Below the pieces are notes generated by a model. That model was given only the letters and a program-made list of their open reading frames with translations. It did no database searches and was not told where the DNA came from. The position numbers were made by a program, and so were the translations under genes. This document shows, piece by piece, positions 1 to 12,073 of a stretch of DNA of 64,000 nt (positions are counted from its first letter, which is position 1; every line of letters begins with the position of its first letter). Location of the stretch: assembly GCF_003334255.1 (NCBI RefSeq), contig NZ_QOWU01000016.1. One strand, written 5' to 3'. This DNA is from Escherichia coli. GTDB lineage: Bacteria > Pseudomonadota > Gammaproteobacteria > Enterobacterales > Enterobacteriaceae.

Positions 1-320
1 AGATCGGCAACCATATTTACGCAACGCAGGTCGATGGCTGCGGATTGCGGATATTCTTCTTTGTCGATCCAGTTTTTATTGATCGACAAATCCATCAATT
101 TATGGACGTTTTCGTCGTCCCAGGTCTGGCAGAAAGTGGCCAGGTTCTGACGAGCGTTGCCATCAAGATATAATTCATCATTGATAATCTGAAATGCGAC
201 ATCATCGCGCATTTCGTGCAGCGGAAATCGTTTTGACTCCGCGATAGTAGAAATGGCCTTTGCGCCAAAACGTGAATCGAGTAGTTCTGAGCGGAAATCC
301 GTTAACAGCTTCTGGTCCAT
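1..320 (-). CDS. gadA: glutamate decarboxylase alpha, N-terminal ~106 codons (gene continues beyond window start)
   Basis: Reverse strand from ATG at 320-318 reads [106 protein letters not shown], recognised as the Gad N-terminus; position next to yhjA favours gadA over gadB. Confidence 0.85.
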
Positions 321-399
321 TTCGAACTCCTTAAATTTATTTGAAGGCAATAAAAAAGTAGGATTTATCCGCAATGGAAGCAAGGCATTACAGGCTTAA

Positions 400-419
400 T
401 TTAAATAACAAAATCCTAA
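400..419 (-). promoter_or_regulatory. GAD box (GadE/GadX-RcsB binding site) upstream of gadA
   Basis: Plus strand tttaaataacaaaatcctaa is the reverse complement of the 20-bp GAD box consensus TTAGGATTTTGTTATTTAAA as I recall it, about 80 bp upstream of the gadA start. Confidence 0.7.
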
Positions 420-530
420 GCAGAAAAACGACTTTTTATAATATAAACATTTAACATGATAATATTAAAAACAGACTTTATTATCGTAATAAAAATCGCC
501 CAAACATTGCTGTTCGGGCGATCAAATTAA

Positions 531-1928
531 TTATTGTTTATCCTGCATATACGGCGTGTACACCCCGTTCAGACTGTGCAGGAAAGCTACGATATCATCC
601 ACATCCTCCTGCGGCAGCTCTTTGCCTACCTGATAGCGCAGCATCAGTTTCACCGCCCCGTCCAGCGTCGGCACGTCACCGCGATGGAAGTACGGTGCCG
701 TTAAAGCAACGTTACGTAAACCGGGTACTTTCTGACGCAATTTATCACGCTCTTCTTTAGTCACATTCATACGACCAATATCCGCCGCCGTAATTTCCCC
801 AAAGTTAAAGTCTTTTTTCAGCCCCAACGGTTCAAAGGAACGTCCGCCGAGAATAATACCACCATGACAAGTTGCACATTTATTATCTTTAAATAATTGA
901 TAGCCTTTTTTCTGTTGCGCTGTCAGCGCATTTTCATCTCCGCGCAACCATTTATCAAATGGGGAATCCGGCGTAATTAATGTTTTCTCAAATTCAGCAA
1001 TGGCATCAGTAATATTTTCGCCACTGAAACCTTGCGGATAGACTTCGAGGAACTGCGTTTTAAGCTGCGGATCTTTTTCCAGCTTAGCAATAATTTCGTC
1101 CCAGGATTTCGACGCCATTTCAATCGGGTTCAACGGCGGTCCACCAGCCTGATCCTGCAATGTTGCCGCACGACCATCCCAGAACTGCTCAACGTTAAAT
1201 ACTGAGTTAAATACCGTCGGCGCGTTAATCGGCCCAACTGCGCCACCAACACCAATCGATGTTTTTCTGCCATCGACGCCCCCCGCATTCAACGCATGGC
1301 AATGAGCGCATGAAATGGTGCTATCAGCCGATAAACGGGGATCGTGATACAGCGCAAAACCCAACGCCACTTTTTGCGCATCGGTAGGCAGTTTTTGCGG
1401 GATGGGCTGCACCGGTTCATTGCGATGTTCCGGAGCAGTATCATTGCTGGCGTAATATTCCGCGCGCTGTTTTGCAATCCAGGCCAGTATTTCCGCCCGC
1501 TCTTCATCACTCACCTTACCCGCCCAGTGTAGCGCGGTATAACGCGTTGGTGGCATAGTTTCATACTGCATCACCCATTCAATCTTATTCAAATCGCTTT
1601 GCGAAACGGGTTTATCAGCCAGCAGTGCCGCACGCACGGCCTCAAGGTTAAAAGATTTATATCCAAGCTTAATGTCGTAATCCATCAACTGTTTCGCGCC
1701 AGGAATATAATAATAGGCGGGTAATTCTGCCGAAGGCGTGTGGCAATAGTCGCATCCTTTTTCGCGGAGAAAGCCTAAAACCTTATTATTTTCACTGACA
1801 GCAGATGCCTGAACATCGGCCTGTTTACTGCGTTTATTATCGTGGTACCACACATAACCAGATAACCCTAAATAGCAAATCGCGACGCCAGCCAGGCCGA
1901 TCGCGGTAATACGTGAGACCATTTTCAT
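531..1928 (-). CDS. yhjA: cytochrome c peroxidase family protein (465 aa), three CXXCH haem motifs
   Basis: 465-aa ORF with ATG start; N-terminal membrane anchor; CDYCH, CAHCH and CATCH motifs; matches YhjA/Ccp. Confidence 0.9.
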   Translation of the reverse strand: MKMVSRITAIGLAGVAICYLGLSGYVWYHDNKRSKQADVQASAVSENNKVLGFLREKGCDYCHTPSAELPAYYYIPGAKQLMDYDIKLGYKSFNLEAVRAALLADKPVSQSDLNKIEWVMQYETMPPTRYTALHWAGKVSDEERAEILAWIAKQRAEYYASNDTAPEHRNEPVQPIPQKLPTDAQKVALGFALYHDPRLSADSTISCAHCHALNAGGVDGRKTSIGVGGAVGPINAPTVFNSVFNVEQFWDGRAATLQDQAGGPPLNPIEMASKSWDEIIAKLEKDPQLKTQFLEVYPQGFSGENITDAIAEFEKTLITPDSPFDKWLRGDENALTAQQKKGYQLFKDNKCATCHGGIILGGRSFEPLGLKKDFNFGEITAADIGRMNVTKEERDKLRQKVPGLRNVALTAPYFHRGDVPTLDGAVKLMLRYQVGKELPQEDVDDIVAFLHSLNGVYTPYMQDKQ

Positions 1929-2301
1929 TATTCTTCCCTCACGGTGGTGAGTTATTGTGACCCAGAAAATTTTCCAGAATGCTGCAAACGTCTCTGCGAG
2001 ACAAAGCCATCATAAAAAACAGGGAGATACGCTTTTTGATAGGAATCAATCAATTACATGAATATAAACTATCAATAAGATAGCCTGTGCCTATTACCCA
2101 GATCAGGAATGGCATATCATGATTGCGGCGAGAGCAGGATTGAATGTTCTGAAAATGAAAAACAACACCAAATCGGTATTTTTATAAATTCCATTGATAT
2201 TAGTGCGTTATATTTTTTGACAGGTTAATAAACGTGATCCACCGCACGCTTTGTCGCCCACCAGGCGGAGCGAATGACTACCCTTAAAGAAAAGCCGATA
2301 A

Positions 2302-3981
<1,680 letters not shown>

Positions 3982-3988
3982 TATTTTT

Positions 3989-4018
3989 ACAGCCAGCCGC
4001 TAACTTCCTGCTGGCTGT
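3989..4018. terminator. GC-rich hairpin between convergent treF and yhjB
   Basis: Inverted repeat acagccagc...gctggctgt between the two stop codons; no clear U-tract on either strand. Confidence 0.35.
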
Positions 4019-4031
4019 AAAATTATCCTCT

Positions 4032-4634
4032 TCAGGAGGAGATATTTAACATCATTGCCGCCTGGGTGCGATTTTTCACTTCCAGACGGCGATACAGGGA
4101 TTCCAGATGCGCTTTTACCGTTCCGGTACTGATATTCAGCGCTCTGCCGATCTCCTTATTTGATTCGCCCGCCGCTAACATGGTTAAAATCTCCCGCTGG
4201 CGGGCGCTTAACGATTTGAGATCTTTAATGTCCTTTTCCGGCGTCGTCCGCCAGTCTCCAGGCAGAAACATCATCCCCATCGCCGCACTATTTACCGCCA
4301 ACGCAAATGTCTCGACGGTTGAATCACGAGGCACAATGGCCAGCACATTAAAATGGATAACTTCCTGTAACCACCGTTTATTGCAATCCGTCGCCGTAAT
4401 TAACACCTTAACCTCAGGAAATTGCACCACGGTTTTTTGCAGCAACCAGTAGCAAAACTCACCATCCTGATCGCCATCGAGCATAACTAAGGCTTCAGGG
4501 TAACTTTCCAGCTTTTGCCATAACTCGTCTGCCTGACTGGCCCCCTGAATACTCACTCCTGGAATACGCTGCTGTAAACTGATTTTCATTCCATGAATAA
4601 ATATTGACTGCCTGTCAAACATGACTATTTGCAT
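4032..4634 (-). CDS. yhjB: LuxR/FixJ-family two-domain transcriptional regulator (receiver-like domain plus C-terminal HTH), 200 aa
   Basis: 200-aa ORF with ATG start; C-terminal LuxR-type HTH (LSARQREILTMLAAGESNKEIGRALNISTGTVKAHL). Confidence 0.88.
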   Translation of the reverse strand: MQIVMFDRQSIFIHGMKISLQQRIPGVSIQGASQADELWQKLESYPEALVMLDGDQDGEFCYWLLQKTVVQFPEVKVLITATDCNKRWLQEVIHFNVLAIVPRDSTVETFALAVNSAAMGMMFLPGDWRTTPEKDIKDLKSLSARQREILTMLAAGESNKEIGRALNISTGTVKAHLESLYRRLEVKNRTQAAMMLNISS

Positions 4635-5153
4635 AACTGAATCTCCACCTGAATACGTTAAAAAGACTTAAGTAGTGGAAGGGTATTACCCGCGAGAAAA
4701 AATAAGAATTCGCCATTTGGCGGTGGCCATTCTACAGAGATGACGTGTAGAAAATAGTTACCGATATAAATAGTTACAGCTAAACGCCTGAAATTACATG
4801 TCGAGGGCACTATTTAAAACAATTTTGAGGATTTCCTTATATTGGTGGTTAGTACGCATGCAATTAAAAATGAAATTCCGCGACCACAAGCCAAAATAAC
4901 AAACGGCAAGGAGACAAAAATAAGCACAAATAGCCAACACGTCCTCTGTTCACTTTAAAGGGAATCGCTGAAAAATACGCTCTGTTTAAGGGGATTCACC
5001 TTTCTCAGAAAGCTATTCCGCCCTTTTCCTGCTGAGAAATCGCCACATTCGGCATGACAACATTGTGAAACCCGGCATTAGATGTTAGAAAAAACAATAA
5101 ACAATGCGATATGCGCGTTACTGTTTCGCTGTGAACAACAATCGGTCAAAGAA

Positions 5154-6053
5154 ATGGATAAAATTCACGCAATGCAGTTGTTCATCAAAGTCGCGGAGCT
5201 GGAAAGTTTTTCCCGCGCAGCGGATTTCTTTGCTTTGCCAAAGGGAAGTGTTTCGCGCCAGATACAGGCACTGGAACATCAACTTGGCACCCAGCTTCTC
5301 CAGCGCACCACGCGACGGGTCAAACTCACGCCAGAAGGCATGACCTATTATCAACGAGCAAAAGATGTGTTGAGTAATCTCAGCGAACTGGACGGTCTGT
5401 TTCAACAGGATGCCACCAGTATCAGCGGTAAATTACGCATCGACATCCCGCCAGGAATCGCGAAAAGCCTGTTACTGCCGCGCCTGTCGGAATTTCTCTA
5501 TCTGCATCCGGGAATTGAGCTGGAACTGAGTAGCCATGACCGTCCGGTAGATATTCTTCATGATGGTTTTGATTGCGTGATACGCACTGGCGCGTTACCG
5601 GAAGATGGCGTTATCGCCCGTCCCCTCGGCAAACTGACCATGGTCAACTGTGCCAGTCCGCACTATCTGACGCGCTTTGGTTATCCGCAAAGCCCCGATG
5701 ATCTGACTTCACACGCAATAGTGCGTTATACACCGCACCTGGGTGTACATCCGTTAGGTTTTGAGGTTGCCAGCGTTAATGGCGTCCAGTGGTTTAAGTC
5801 TGGCGGCATGTTGACGGTAAACAGTAGCGAAAACTATCTCACCGCCGGTCTTGCCGGTCTGGGGATTATTCAGATCCCGCGCATTGCCGTGCGCGAAGCC
5901 CTGCGTGCCGGGCGGCTTATTGAAGTATTACCTGGCTACCGTGCCGAGCCGCTCTCCCTTTCGCTGGTTTATCCGCAGCGTCGGGAGCTTTCCCGGCGTG
6001 TAAACCTGTTTATGCAGTGGCTGGCTGGCGTAATGAAAGAGTACCTGGACTGA
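5154..6053 (+). CDS. yhjC: LysR-family transcriptional regulator (299 aa)
   Basis: N-terminal LysR HTH (MDKIHAMQLFIKVAELESFSRAADFFALPKGSVSRQIQALE); start placed at internal ATG 5154 rather than the ORF-track start 5082. Confidence 0.85.
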   Translation: MDKIHAMQLFIKVAELESFSRAADFFALPKGSVSRQIQALEHQLGTQLLQRTTRRVKLTPEGMTYYQRAKDVLSNLSELDGLFQQDATSISGKLRIDIPPGIAKSLLLPRLSEFLYLHPGIELELSSHDRPVDILHDGFDCVIRTGALPEDGVIARPLGKLTMVNCASPHYLTRFGYPQSPDDLTSHAIVRYTPHLGVHPLGFEVASVNGVQWFKSGGMLTVNSSENYLTAGLAGLGIIQIPRIAVREALRAGRLIEVLPGYRAEPLSLSLVYPQRRELSRRVNLFMQWLAGVMKEYLD

Positions 6054-6101
6054 CCGACTATACTTTTTAAGAATGACCACGACAGAAGGACAAAAGAGCG
6101 G

Positions 6102-7115
6102 ATGACGCAGGAAAACGAGATCAAACGTCCCATCCAGGATCTGGAGCACGAGCCGATTAAGCCGTTGGATAATAGCGAGAAAGGCAGCAAAGTTAGCCAG
6201 GCGCTGGAAACCGTCACCACCACTGCCGAAAAAGTCCAACGCCAACCGGTTATTGCGCACCTGATTCGCGCGACAGAACGCTTTAACGATCGGCTGGGTA
6301 ACCAGTTTGGTGCGGCTATCACCTATTTCTCATTTTTGTCGATGATACCAATTTTGATGGTGTCGTTTGCCGCAGGGGGCTTTGTGCTGGCCTCCCATCC
6401 GATGTTGCTACAGGATATCTTCGACAAAATTCTGCAAAACATCAGCGATCCGACGCTAGCCGCCACGTTGAAAAACACCATCAACACCGCCGTTCAGCAG
6501 CGTACGACTGTAGGGCTTGTCGGCCTGGCGGTGGCACTTTATTCCGGCATCAACTGGATGGGTAACCTGCGTGAAGCGATTCGTGCCCAGTCGCGCGATG
6601 TCTGGGAACGCTCGCCGCAAGATCAGGAGAAGTTCTGGGTAAAATATCTGCGAGATTTTATTTCGCTGATTGGTTTGTTGATTGCGCTGATTGTGACGCT
6701 TTCGATCACCTCGGTTGCCGGTTCGGCGCAGCAAATGATTATTAGCGCCCTGCACCTGAACAGCATTGAGTGGCTGAAACCGACGTGGCGATTGATTGGC
6801 CTGGCGATTTCCATCTTCGCCAACTATCTGCTTTTCTTCTGGATCTTCTGGCGGTTGCCGCGCCACCGTCCGCGCAAAAAAGCCCTGATTCGCGGAACAT
6901 TTCTGGCTGCTATTGGTTTTGAAGTGATTAAAATCGTGATGACCTACACCCTGCCATCGTTGATGAAATCCCCCTCTGGCGCAGCATTTGGTTCCGTGCT
7001 GGGGCTGATGGCATTTTTCTACTTCTTCGCCCGTTTGACGCTGTTTTGCGCGGCGTGGATTGCCACCGCCGAATATAAAGACGACCCGCGAATGCCGGGG
7101 AAAACGCAGCCTTAA
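6102..7115 (+). CDS. yhjD: inner membrane protein, YihY/virulence factor BrkB (RNase BN-like) family, 337 aa
   Basis: 337-aa polytopic membrane ORF recognised as YhjD. Confidence 0.88.
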   Translation: MTQENEIKRPIQDLEHEPIKPLDNSEKGSKVSQALETVTTTAEKVQRQPVIAHLIRATERFNDRLGNQFGAAITYFSFLSMIPILMVSFAAGGFVLASHPMLLQDIFDKILQNISDPTLAATLKNTINTAVQQRTTVGLVGLAVALYSGINWMGNLREAIRAQSRDVWERSPQDQEKFWVKYLRDFISLIGLLIALIVTLSITSVAGSAQQMIISALHLNSIEWLKPTWRLIGLAISIFANYLLFFWIFWRLPRHRPRKKALIRGTFLAAIGFEVIKIVMTYTLPSLMKSPSGAAFGSVLGLMAFFYFFARLTLFCAAWIATAEYKDDPRMPGKTQP

Positions 7116-7118
7116 AAT

Positions 7119-7215
7119 AGGCCGGATGCGGCGTAAACGCCTTATCCGGCATACGATTTTATTCGGCCTGGCTCCCCGTAGGCCGGATAAGATGCGCCAG
7201 CATCGCATCCGGCTA
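7119..7215. repeat. REP/BIME palindromic repeat cluster (yhjD-yhjE intergenic)
   Basis: Two inverted REP units: aggccggatgcggcgtaaacgccttatccggcatac and gtaggccggataagatgcgccagcatcgcatccggct. Confidence 0.8.
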
Positions 7216-7525
7216 TAATGCGCACATAACCTCTTGAAACTCGTCCCCAGAGCCTCTTCAGCCATCTATTTGGGAGCAAACAATTTCATTCCAACTCATA
7301 ACCCCAGCATATAAATCCAGTTGGTAACTTTTATTTAACCTGAAACCAGTTTTATCCACTATTTATAAAATTATGTGAAGCATTTCATAGAAGAAAAATC
7401 ACTGGCCTAAACATTATCCCCTTTTTGCCTGATTTTTGACCATTTCCGCGATTTGTTACACATTGAAATATCACTTTTGCTGTGCGTAATATGGCTATTC
7501 GTTAGCCAAAAAATAAGAAAAGATT

Positions 7526-8848
7526 ATGCAAGCAACAGCCACAACACTCGACCACGAGCAAGAATACACGCCGATCAACTCGCGTAATAAAGTCCTTGTC
7601 GCCTCTCTCATTGGCACAGCCATTGAGTTCTTCGACTTTTACATTTACGCCACTGCGGCCGTTATTGTGTTTCCGCATATCTTCTTCCCGCAGGGCGATC
7701 CTACGGCAGCAACGCTACAGTCGCTCGCCACCTTCGCCATCGCCTTCGTCGCGCGCCCCATTGGCTCTGCCGTTTTTGGTCATTTTGGCGATCGCGTTGG
7801 GCGTAAAGCGACGCTGGTCGCCTCGTTGCTAACGATGGGGATTTCGACCGTGGTGATTGGTCTGCTGCCGGGCTATGCCACGATTGGTATTTTCGCCCCG
7901 CTGCTGCTGGCGCTGGCTCGATTTGGTCAGGGTCTGGGCTTAGGCGGTGAATGGGGCGGCGCGGCGCTGCTGGCGACTGAAAACGCCCCACCGCGCAAAC
8001 GTGCACTGTATGGCTCCTTTCCGCAGCTGGGCGCACCGATTGGCTTCTTCTTTGCCAATGGCACTTTCTTGCTGCTTTCCTGGCTACTGACCGACGAGCA
8101 GTTTATGAGCTGGGGCTGGCGTGTGCCATTTATCTTCTCGGCGGTGCTGGTCATTATCGGCCTGTATGTTCGCGTGTCGCTGCATGAGTCGCCGGTGTTT
8201 GAGAAAGTCGCTAAAGCGAAAAAACAGGTGAAGATCCCGCTGGGTACGCTGCTGACCAAACATGTTCGCGTAACCGTACTGGGTACGTTCATTATGCTGG
8301 CAACCTATACGCTGTTTTACATCATGACGGTCTACTCTATGACCTTTAGTACCGCCGCCGCGCCAGTTGGGCTTGGCCTGCCGCGTAACGAAGTGTTGTG
8401 GATGTTGATGATGGCAGTTATTGGTTTTGGCGTGATGGTGCCAGTCGCTGGATTACTGGCTGATGCCTTTGGTCGCCGTAAAAGCATGGTAATCATCACC
8501 ACGCTGATCATCCTGTTCGCGCTGTTCGCCTTTAACCCACTGCTCGGTTCTGGCAACCCGATTCTGGTTTTTGCCTTCCTGCTGCTGGGGTTAAGTCTGA
8601 TGGGTCTGACCTTCGGGCCAATGGGTGCGCTGTTACCAGAGCTGTTTCCGACAGAAGTGCGTTACACCGGAGCATCGTTCTCTTACAACGTAGCGTCGAT
8701 TCTCGGGGCTTCCGTTGCGCCATATATCGCAGCCTGGTTGCAGACTAACTACGGGCTAGGTGCGGTGGGGTTATATCTGGCGGCGATGGCTGGCTTGACG
8801 TTAATCGCCCTGCTGCTGACCCATGAGACGCGACATCAGTCGTTGTAA
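7526..8848 (+). CDS. yhjE: MFS transporter, metabolite:H+ symporter family, 440 aa
   Basis: 440-aa 12-TM ORF; MFS signature GHFGDRVGRK; recognised as YhjE. Confidence 0.9.
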   Translation: MQATATTLDHEQEYTPINSRNKVLVASLIGTAIEFFDFYIYATAAVIVFPHIFFPQGDPTAATLQSLATFAIAFVARPIGSAVFGHFGDRVGRKATLVASLLTMGISTVVIGLLPGYATIGIFAPLLLALARFGQGLGLGGEWGGAALLATENAPPRKRALYGSFPQLGAPIGFFFANGTFLLLSWLLTDEQFMSWGWRVPFIFSAVLVIIGLYVRVSLHESPVFEKVAKAKKQVKIPLGTLLTKHVRVTVLGTFIMLATYTLFYIMTVYSMTFSTAAAPVGLGLPRNEVLWMLMMAVIGFGVMVPVAGLLADAFGRRKSMVIITTLIILFALFAFNPLLGSGNPILVFAFLLLGLSLMGLTFGPMGALLPELFPTEVRYTGASFSYNVASILGASVAPYIAAWLQTNYGLGAVGLYLAAMAGLTLIALLLTHETRHQSL

Positions 8849-8859
8849 TAAGAGTGAAA

Positions 8860-8958
8860 AGCCTGATGCGCTACGCTTATCAGGCCTGAATTTCCATACA
8901 ATATATTGAATTCGCAAGGATTTGTAGGCCGGATAAGGCGTTCACGCCGCATCCGGCA
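8860..8958. repeat. REP/BIME palindromic repeat cluster (yhjE-yhjG intergenic)
   Basis: gcctgatgcgctacgcttatcaggcc and gtaggccggataaggcgttcacgccgcatccggc; followed by hairpin gccggatgtcagacatccggc at 9001-9021. Confidence 0.8.
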
Positions 8959-9029
8959 TGAACAAAGCACACTTTGCCAACAATCTAAATCTGTTTAATT
9001 GCCGGATGTCAGACATCCGGCAATTATCA

Positions 9030-11090
9030 TCACTTCTTCATCTGCGACAAAATCGTCCGACACTGATTAGCCTCCCCTTCGGAAGGTGAGATCAGTGCCA
9101 GTAACGCCGCCGCCGGTGTTACCAGCGTTGCCAGTGCCGCAGCAACAGCACCACGGGCAATCAGCGGTCCGGCTTTCACCCCAGCCTGCGGATTTTTAAA
9201 CGTCCCCCGCACATACAGCGGCGAACGCAGTGTGATAATCCGAATTCCTTTACTCTCCGGATCAATAGTCAAATCCAGCTGTTCCGAAGCAAAACTTGCC
9301 GTGCCGGTAACATTAATCAACGCGTTCTCAGTATCGAAAGCAAAAATCTGCGGGCGCGCCACGCCGTTGGCAATATTCAGATTCGCCGCCGCGCAGTTCA
9401 CCCGCACCTCATCATCACCAAATATCGCACCGACAATGTAGTTGCCGACATTCAGCCCAACAATCTCCATCAGGTTGCGGCTCACCAGCCCGTCATTCAT
9501 CAACAGTTTCAGGTTGCCGTTACTGTTGCCTAAAAGTGCCGCCACCGAGTTACCGCTACCGCGTAGTTCCGCGTCACCGTTCATTTCCCCCAGCGTCTTC
9601 TGCATCAGTTCCACATCGGGCATCAGTTCTTTCAGTTTCAGTCGACGAGCCTGAATATCTGCCCGCCCCTGCATCGGCTTTTTATCGCCTTCCAGATGAA
9701 TATTCGCCGCAATGCTGCCGCCCGCCATGCCAAATTTCAGCGGTTGCAGGCGCAGGTCAGCATTTTTGAGGATGATATGAGTAGAAAGATCGCTAATCGG
9801 CAGGCTACTGCCATGCTCAATGCGCCGCCCTTTGAAGCGAACATCGGCATCCATAACGTCCCATTTATCGGTTTCGAAGCGGTCATAAGGCAGCACTTTG
9901 CCCGCAGGCTGAACGCTTTTTTCGCCCTTCTTCTGTTCAGACCGTTTCGACTTTTCTGCCCCTTTCCCGGAATCAACGCCAATCAACGGTCCCAGGTCCG
10001 CCAGCCGCAATTGCCGCGACTCGACATCACCTTCCAGTTTTGGTCGTGGCTTTCCGGTGGTGTAGACCAGAGAACCGTGGATATCGCTATCACCAATTCG
10101 CCCATTAAAACCGCGATAATCAAAGACCGACGATTTTTCAGTGTCGATTTTCGCTACCAGCCGACCATCCGTTTCAAACGGCGGGGTATCGGGCAGCAGA
10201 ACGCCCGTCAGTTCATAGAGATCACCCAGTGAATCGCCAGAAAATTTAAGCCGTAAATCGACACCGCCCATCTTCATTGGGTCATTCACGACGCCATCAA
10301 AAGCAACACGGGTGTTACCAGAGCGGAAATCAGCCTGTACCGGAAACGGCGTCCCTTCGCCACGCAGCGCCAGCATACCGCCTATTTTTCCCGTACCCGT
10401 GAGCGGTTCACCGTTATATCGTCCCTGCGCCTTCAGGCCAAAAACGTAATCGCCCACCTTTTCTTTATCCGCTTTACCTTTCGATCCAGTAACTTCGCTG
10501 AACGGCAGCGGCTTGCCTAAGGGATCAACAAAAATCTCCAGATCCGCTTTGCTTACTTTGTCATCAATGGCGATCCGCCCTTGATCGAAAAGAATATTAT
10601 CCAGCCGAAACGACCATGCCGACGGCTTTGCATTCGCGTCTTTGTTATCATCGTTGGCAAGATTAAACGTCCAGTTATTGTTCTTTTCAGAGAGGCGAAT
10701 CAGGCGCGCGTCGGGCTTTTCGAGCTTGATCCACGGCAGCCAGACCGTTTTGGTCAGCAGCGCCAGCGGGGCCAGCGTTGCCTCTACGCGTGGCAAATGC
10801 ACCATCGTGACTTCGGGAATATCCGGTGGATTGCCAAGAATGATGTCTTCCGCGTGTACATGGGGCCACGGCACCCAGCTGCGCCAGCCAGTTTCTTGTT
10901 TTTGCCGCTCCCACACCACGCCCAGATCGCCACGGATAGCGAACGGACGATTCAACTCCGCAGAGACTTTCTGGTTGATAGTCGGTTTGAGTCGATTCCA
11001 GTCAAAAGTTGCAATCAAAATGATCGCCACGACAATCAACAACAAGAAAGCCCCTGAAATCGCAGCGGTTATTTTGCCTGCCTTGCTCAT
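9030..11090 (-). CDS. yhjG: AsmA-family protein (envelope/lipid biogenesis), about 686 aa
   Basis: 691-aa ORF; N-terminal TM anchor then long periplasmic AsmA-like region; start placed at MSKAGK (11090), alternative in-frame ATG at 11105. Confidence 0.85.
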   Translation of the reverse strand: MSKAGKITAAISGAFLLLIVVAIILIATFDWNRLKPTINQKVSAELNRPFAIRGDLGVVWERQKQETGWRSWVPWPHVHAEDIILGNPPDIPEVTMVHLPRVEATLAPLALLTKTVWLPWIKLEKPDARLIRLSEKNNNWTFNLANDDNKDANAKPSAWSFRLDNILFDQGRIAIDDKVSKADLEIFVDPLGKPLPFSEVTGSKGKADKEKVGDYVFGLKAQGRYNGEPLTGTGKIGGMLALRGEGTPFPVQADFRSGNTRVAFDGVVNDPMKMGGVDLRLKFSGDSLGDLYELTGVLLPDTPPFETDGRLVAKIDTEKSSVFDYRGFNGRIGDSDIHGSLVYTTGKPRPKLEGDVESRQLRLADLGPLIGVDSGKGAEKSKRSEQKKGEKSVQPAGKVLPYDRFETDKWDVMDADVRFKGRRIEHGSSLPISDLSTHIILKNADLRLQPLKFGMAGGSIAANIHLEGDKKPMQGRADIQARRLKLKELMPDVELMQKTLGEMNGDAELRGSGNSVAALLGNSNGNLKLLMNDGLVSRNLMEIVGLNVGNYIVGAIFGDDEVRVNCAAANLNIANGVARPQIFAFDTENALINVTGTASFASEQLDLTIDPESKGIRIITLRSPLYVRGTFKNPQAGVKAGPLIARGAVAAALATLVTPAAALLALISPSEGEANQCRTILSQMKK

Positions 11091-11159
11091 CGTTCGCTTC
11101 CTCATATTCTTCCTGTGCCAGTCCTAAAGATAGTCCAGCCAGGCGGAAAATGAGGCAGC

Positions 11160-11927
11160 TTATAGCGCCAGAACCGCCGTATTCAGCGTTTCTATCGGTG
11201 CCGGGCGTGAAAGAAACCAGCCTTGTGCGGCGAATGCGGGCGAGTTCTGAACATCACGCCACTCTTCCGGCGTTTCTACGCCCTCGACAATCACCCCGCG
11301 ACAATAGCGATTCATTAGATGTAAAAGCTGAGAAAAGAGTGTGCGTCCTTCCGGCGACTGACGCAGCATCACAAACAGTTCTCGCGCGATTTTGATGTAG
11401 TCATAACGCACTTCACTTAGCGCAGAGAAATTTGCCATCCCGGTACCAAAATCATCCAGCCACAGCGGGCCAAATTCACACATCGAGGCAAAGGTTGAAT
11501 CTTTCGGCAGACGGATATGCTCCACCAGTTCGAAACGCAGCCAGGGAAGACGCTCAATCTGGCGCAGGATTTTTGGTTGCTGACGCAGGGCGATGAGCGT
11601 AGGGCCATCAATATTGACCGATGCCAGCAGGCCGTGCTCTATAAAGAAGTCGGCTTTTTGCGCCAGCAAATCAATCTGCTCTTTCACAACCTCCATCCGA
11701 TGGCTGACGGTGATTTCAGTAAAATAGCGATCCGGCGGCAGGCGTTGCGAAGGGTTCAAGGGATGCGTGACCACCGTTAATAGCTCCACGGCCATTAACC
11801 GCCCGCATGTTTGATAGATCGGCTGCCAGGTGTAAGCACGCTCACACTGCAACCAAAAACGCCGTTCCTGCAAGCTCTCGATGCTTGCTTCAGGGTTGCT
11901 TATTCGCTGGATAACCTGCCTTATCAT
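11160..11927 (-). CDS. pdeH: c-di-GMP phosphodiesterase, stand-alone EAL domain (255 aa)
   Basis: EAL-domain ORF with ELL motif (MAVELLTVV); start at MIRQVIQR (ATG 11927) rather than ORF-track start 11972. Confidence 0.88.
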   Translation of the reverse strand: MIRQVIQRISNPEASIESLQERRFWLQCERAYTWQPIYQTCGRLMAVELLTVVTHPLNPSQRLPPDRYFTEITVSHRMEVVKEQIDLLAQKADFFIEHGLLASVNIDGPTLIALRQQPKILRQIERLPWLRFELVEHIRLPKDSTFASMCEFGPLWLDDFGTGMANFSALSEVRYDYIKIARELFVMLRQSPEGRTLFSQLLHLMNRYCRGVIVEGVETPEEWRDVQNSPAFAAQGWFLSRPAPIETLNTAVLAL

Positions 11928-12073
11928 CAAAGATGTCCTGTGTTTAAAAGTGATGCTGCCCGGACTCGACAAAGATTATCGGCGCGTAAGGGCAGAACTT
12001 TACCGCCTGGCCGGGGTAAATTTCCTCACTCCACAACGGAATCTTTCAGGAATACGTTCTGGCTCAAAAAAAT

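Noticed and set aside
1289-1532. Small overlapping ORFs inside yhjA (73 aa minus strand, 62 aa plus strand)
   Set aside because: Embedded in the cytochrome c peroxidase coding region in alternative frames; no support.
4635-5153. 520-bp yhjB-yhjC divergent intergenic region as a possible sRNA or small-protein locus
   Set aside because: AT-rich promoter-like sequence with no convincing terminator hairpin or conserved small ORF visible; cannot be supported from sequence alone.
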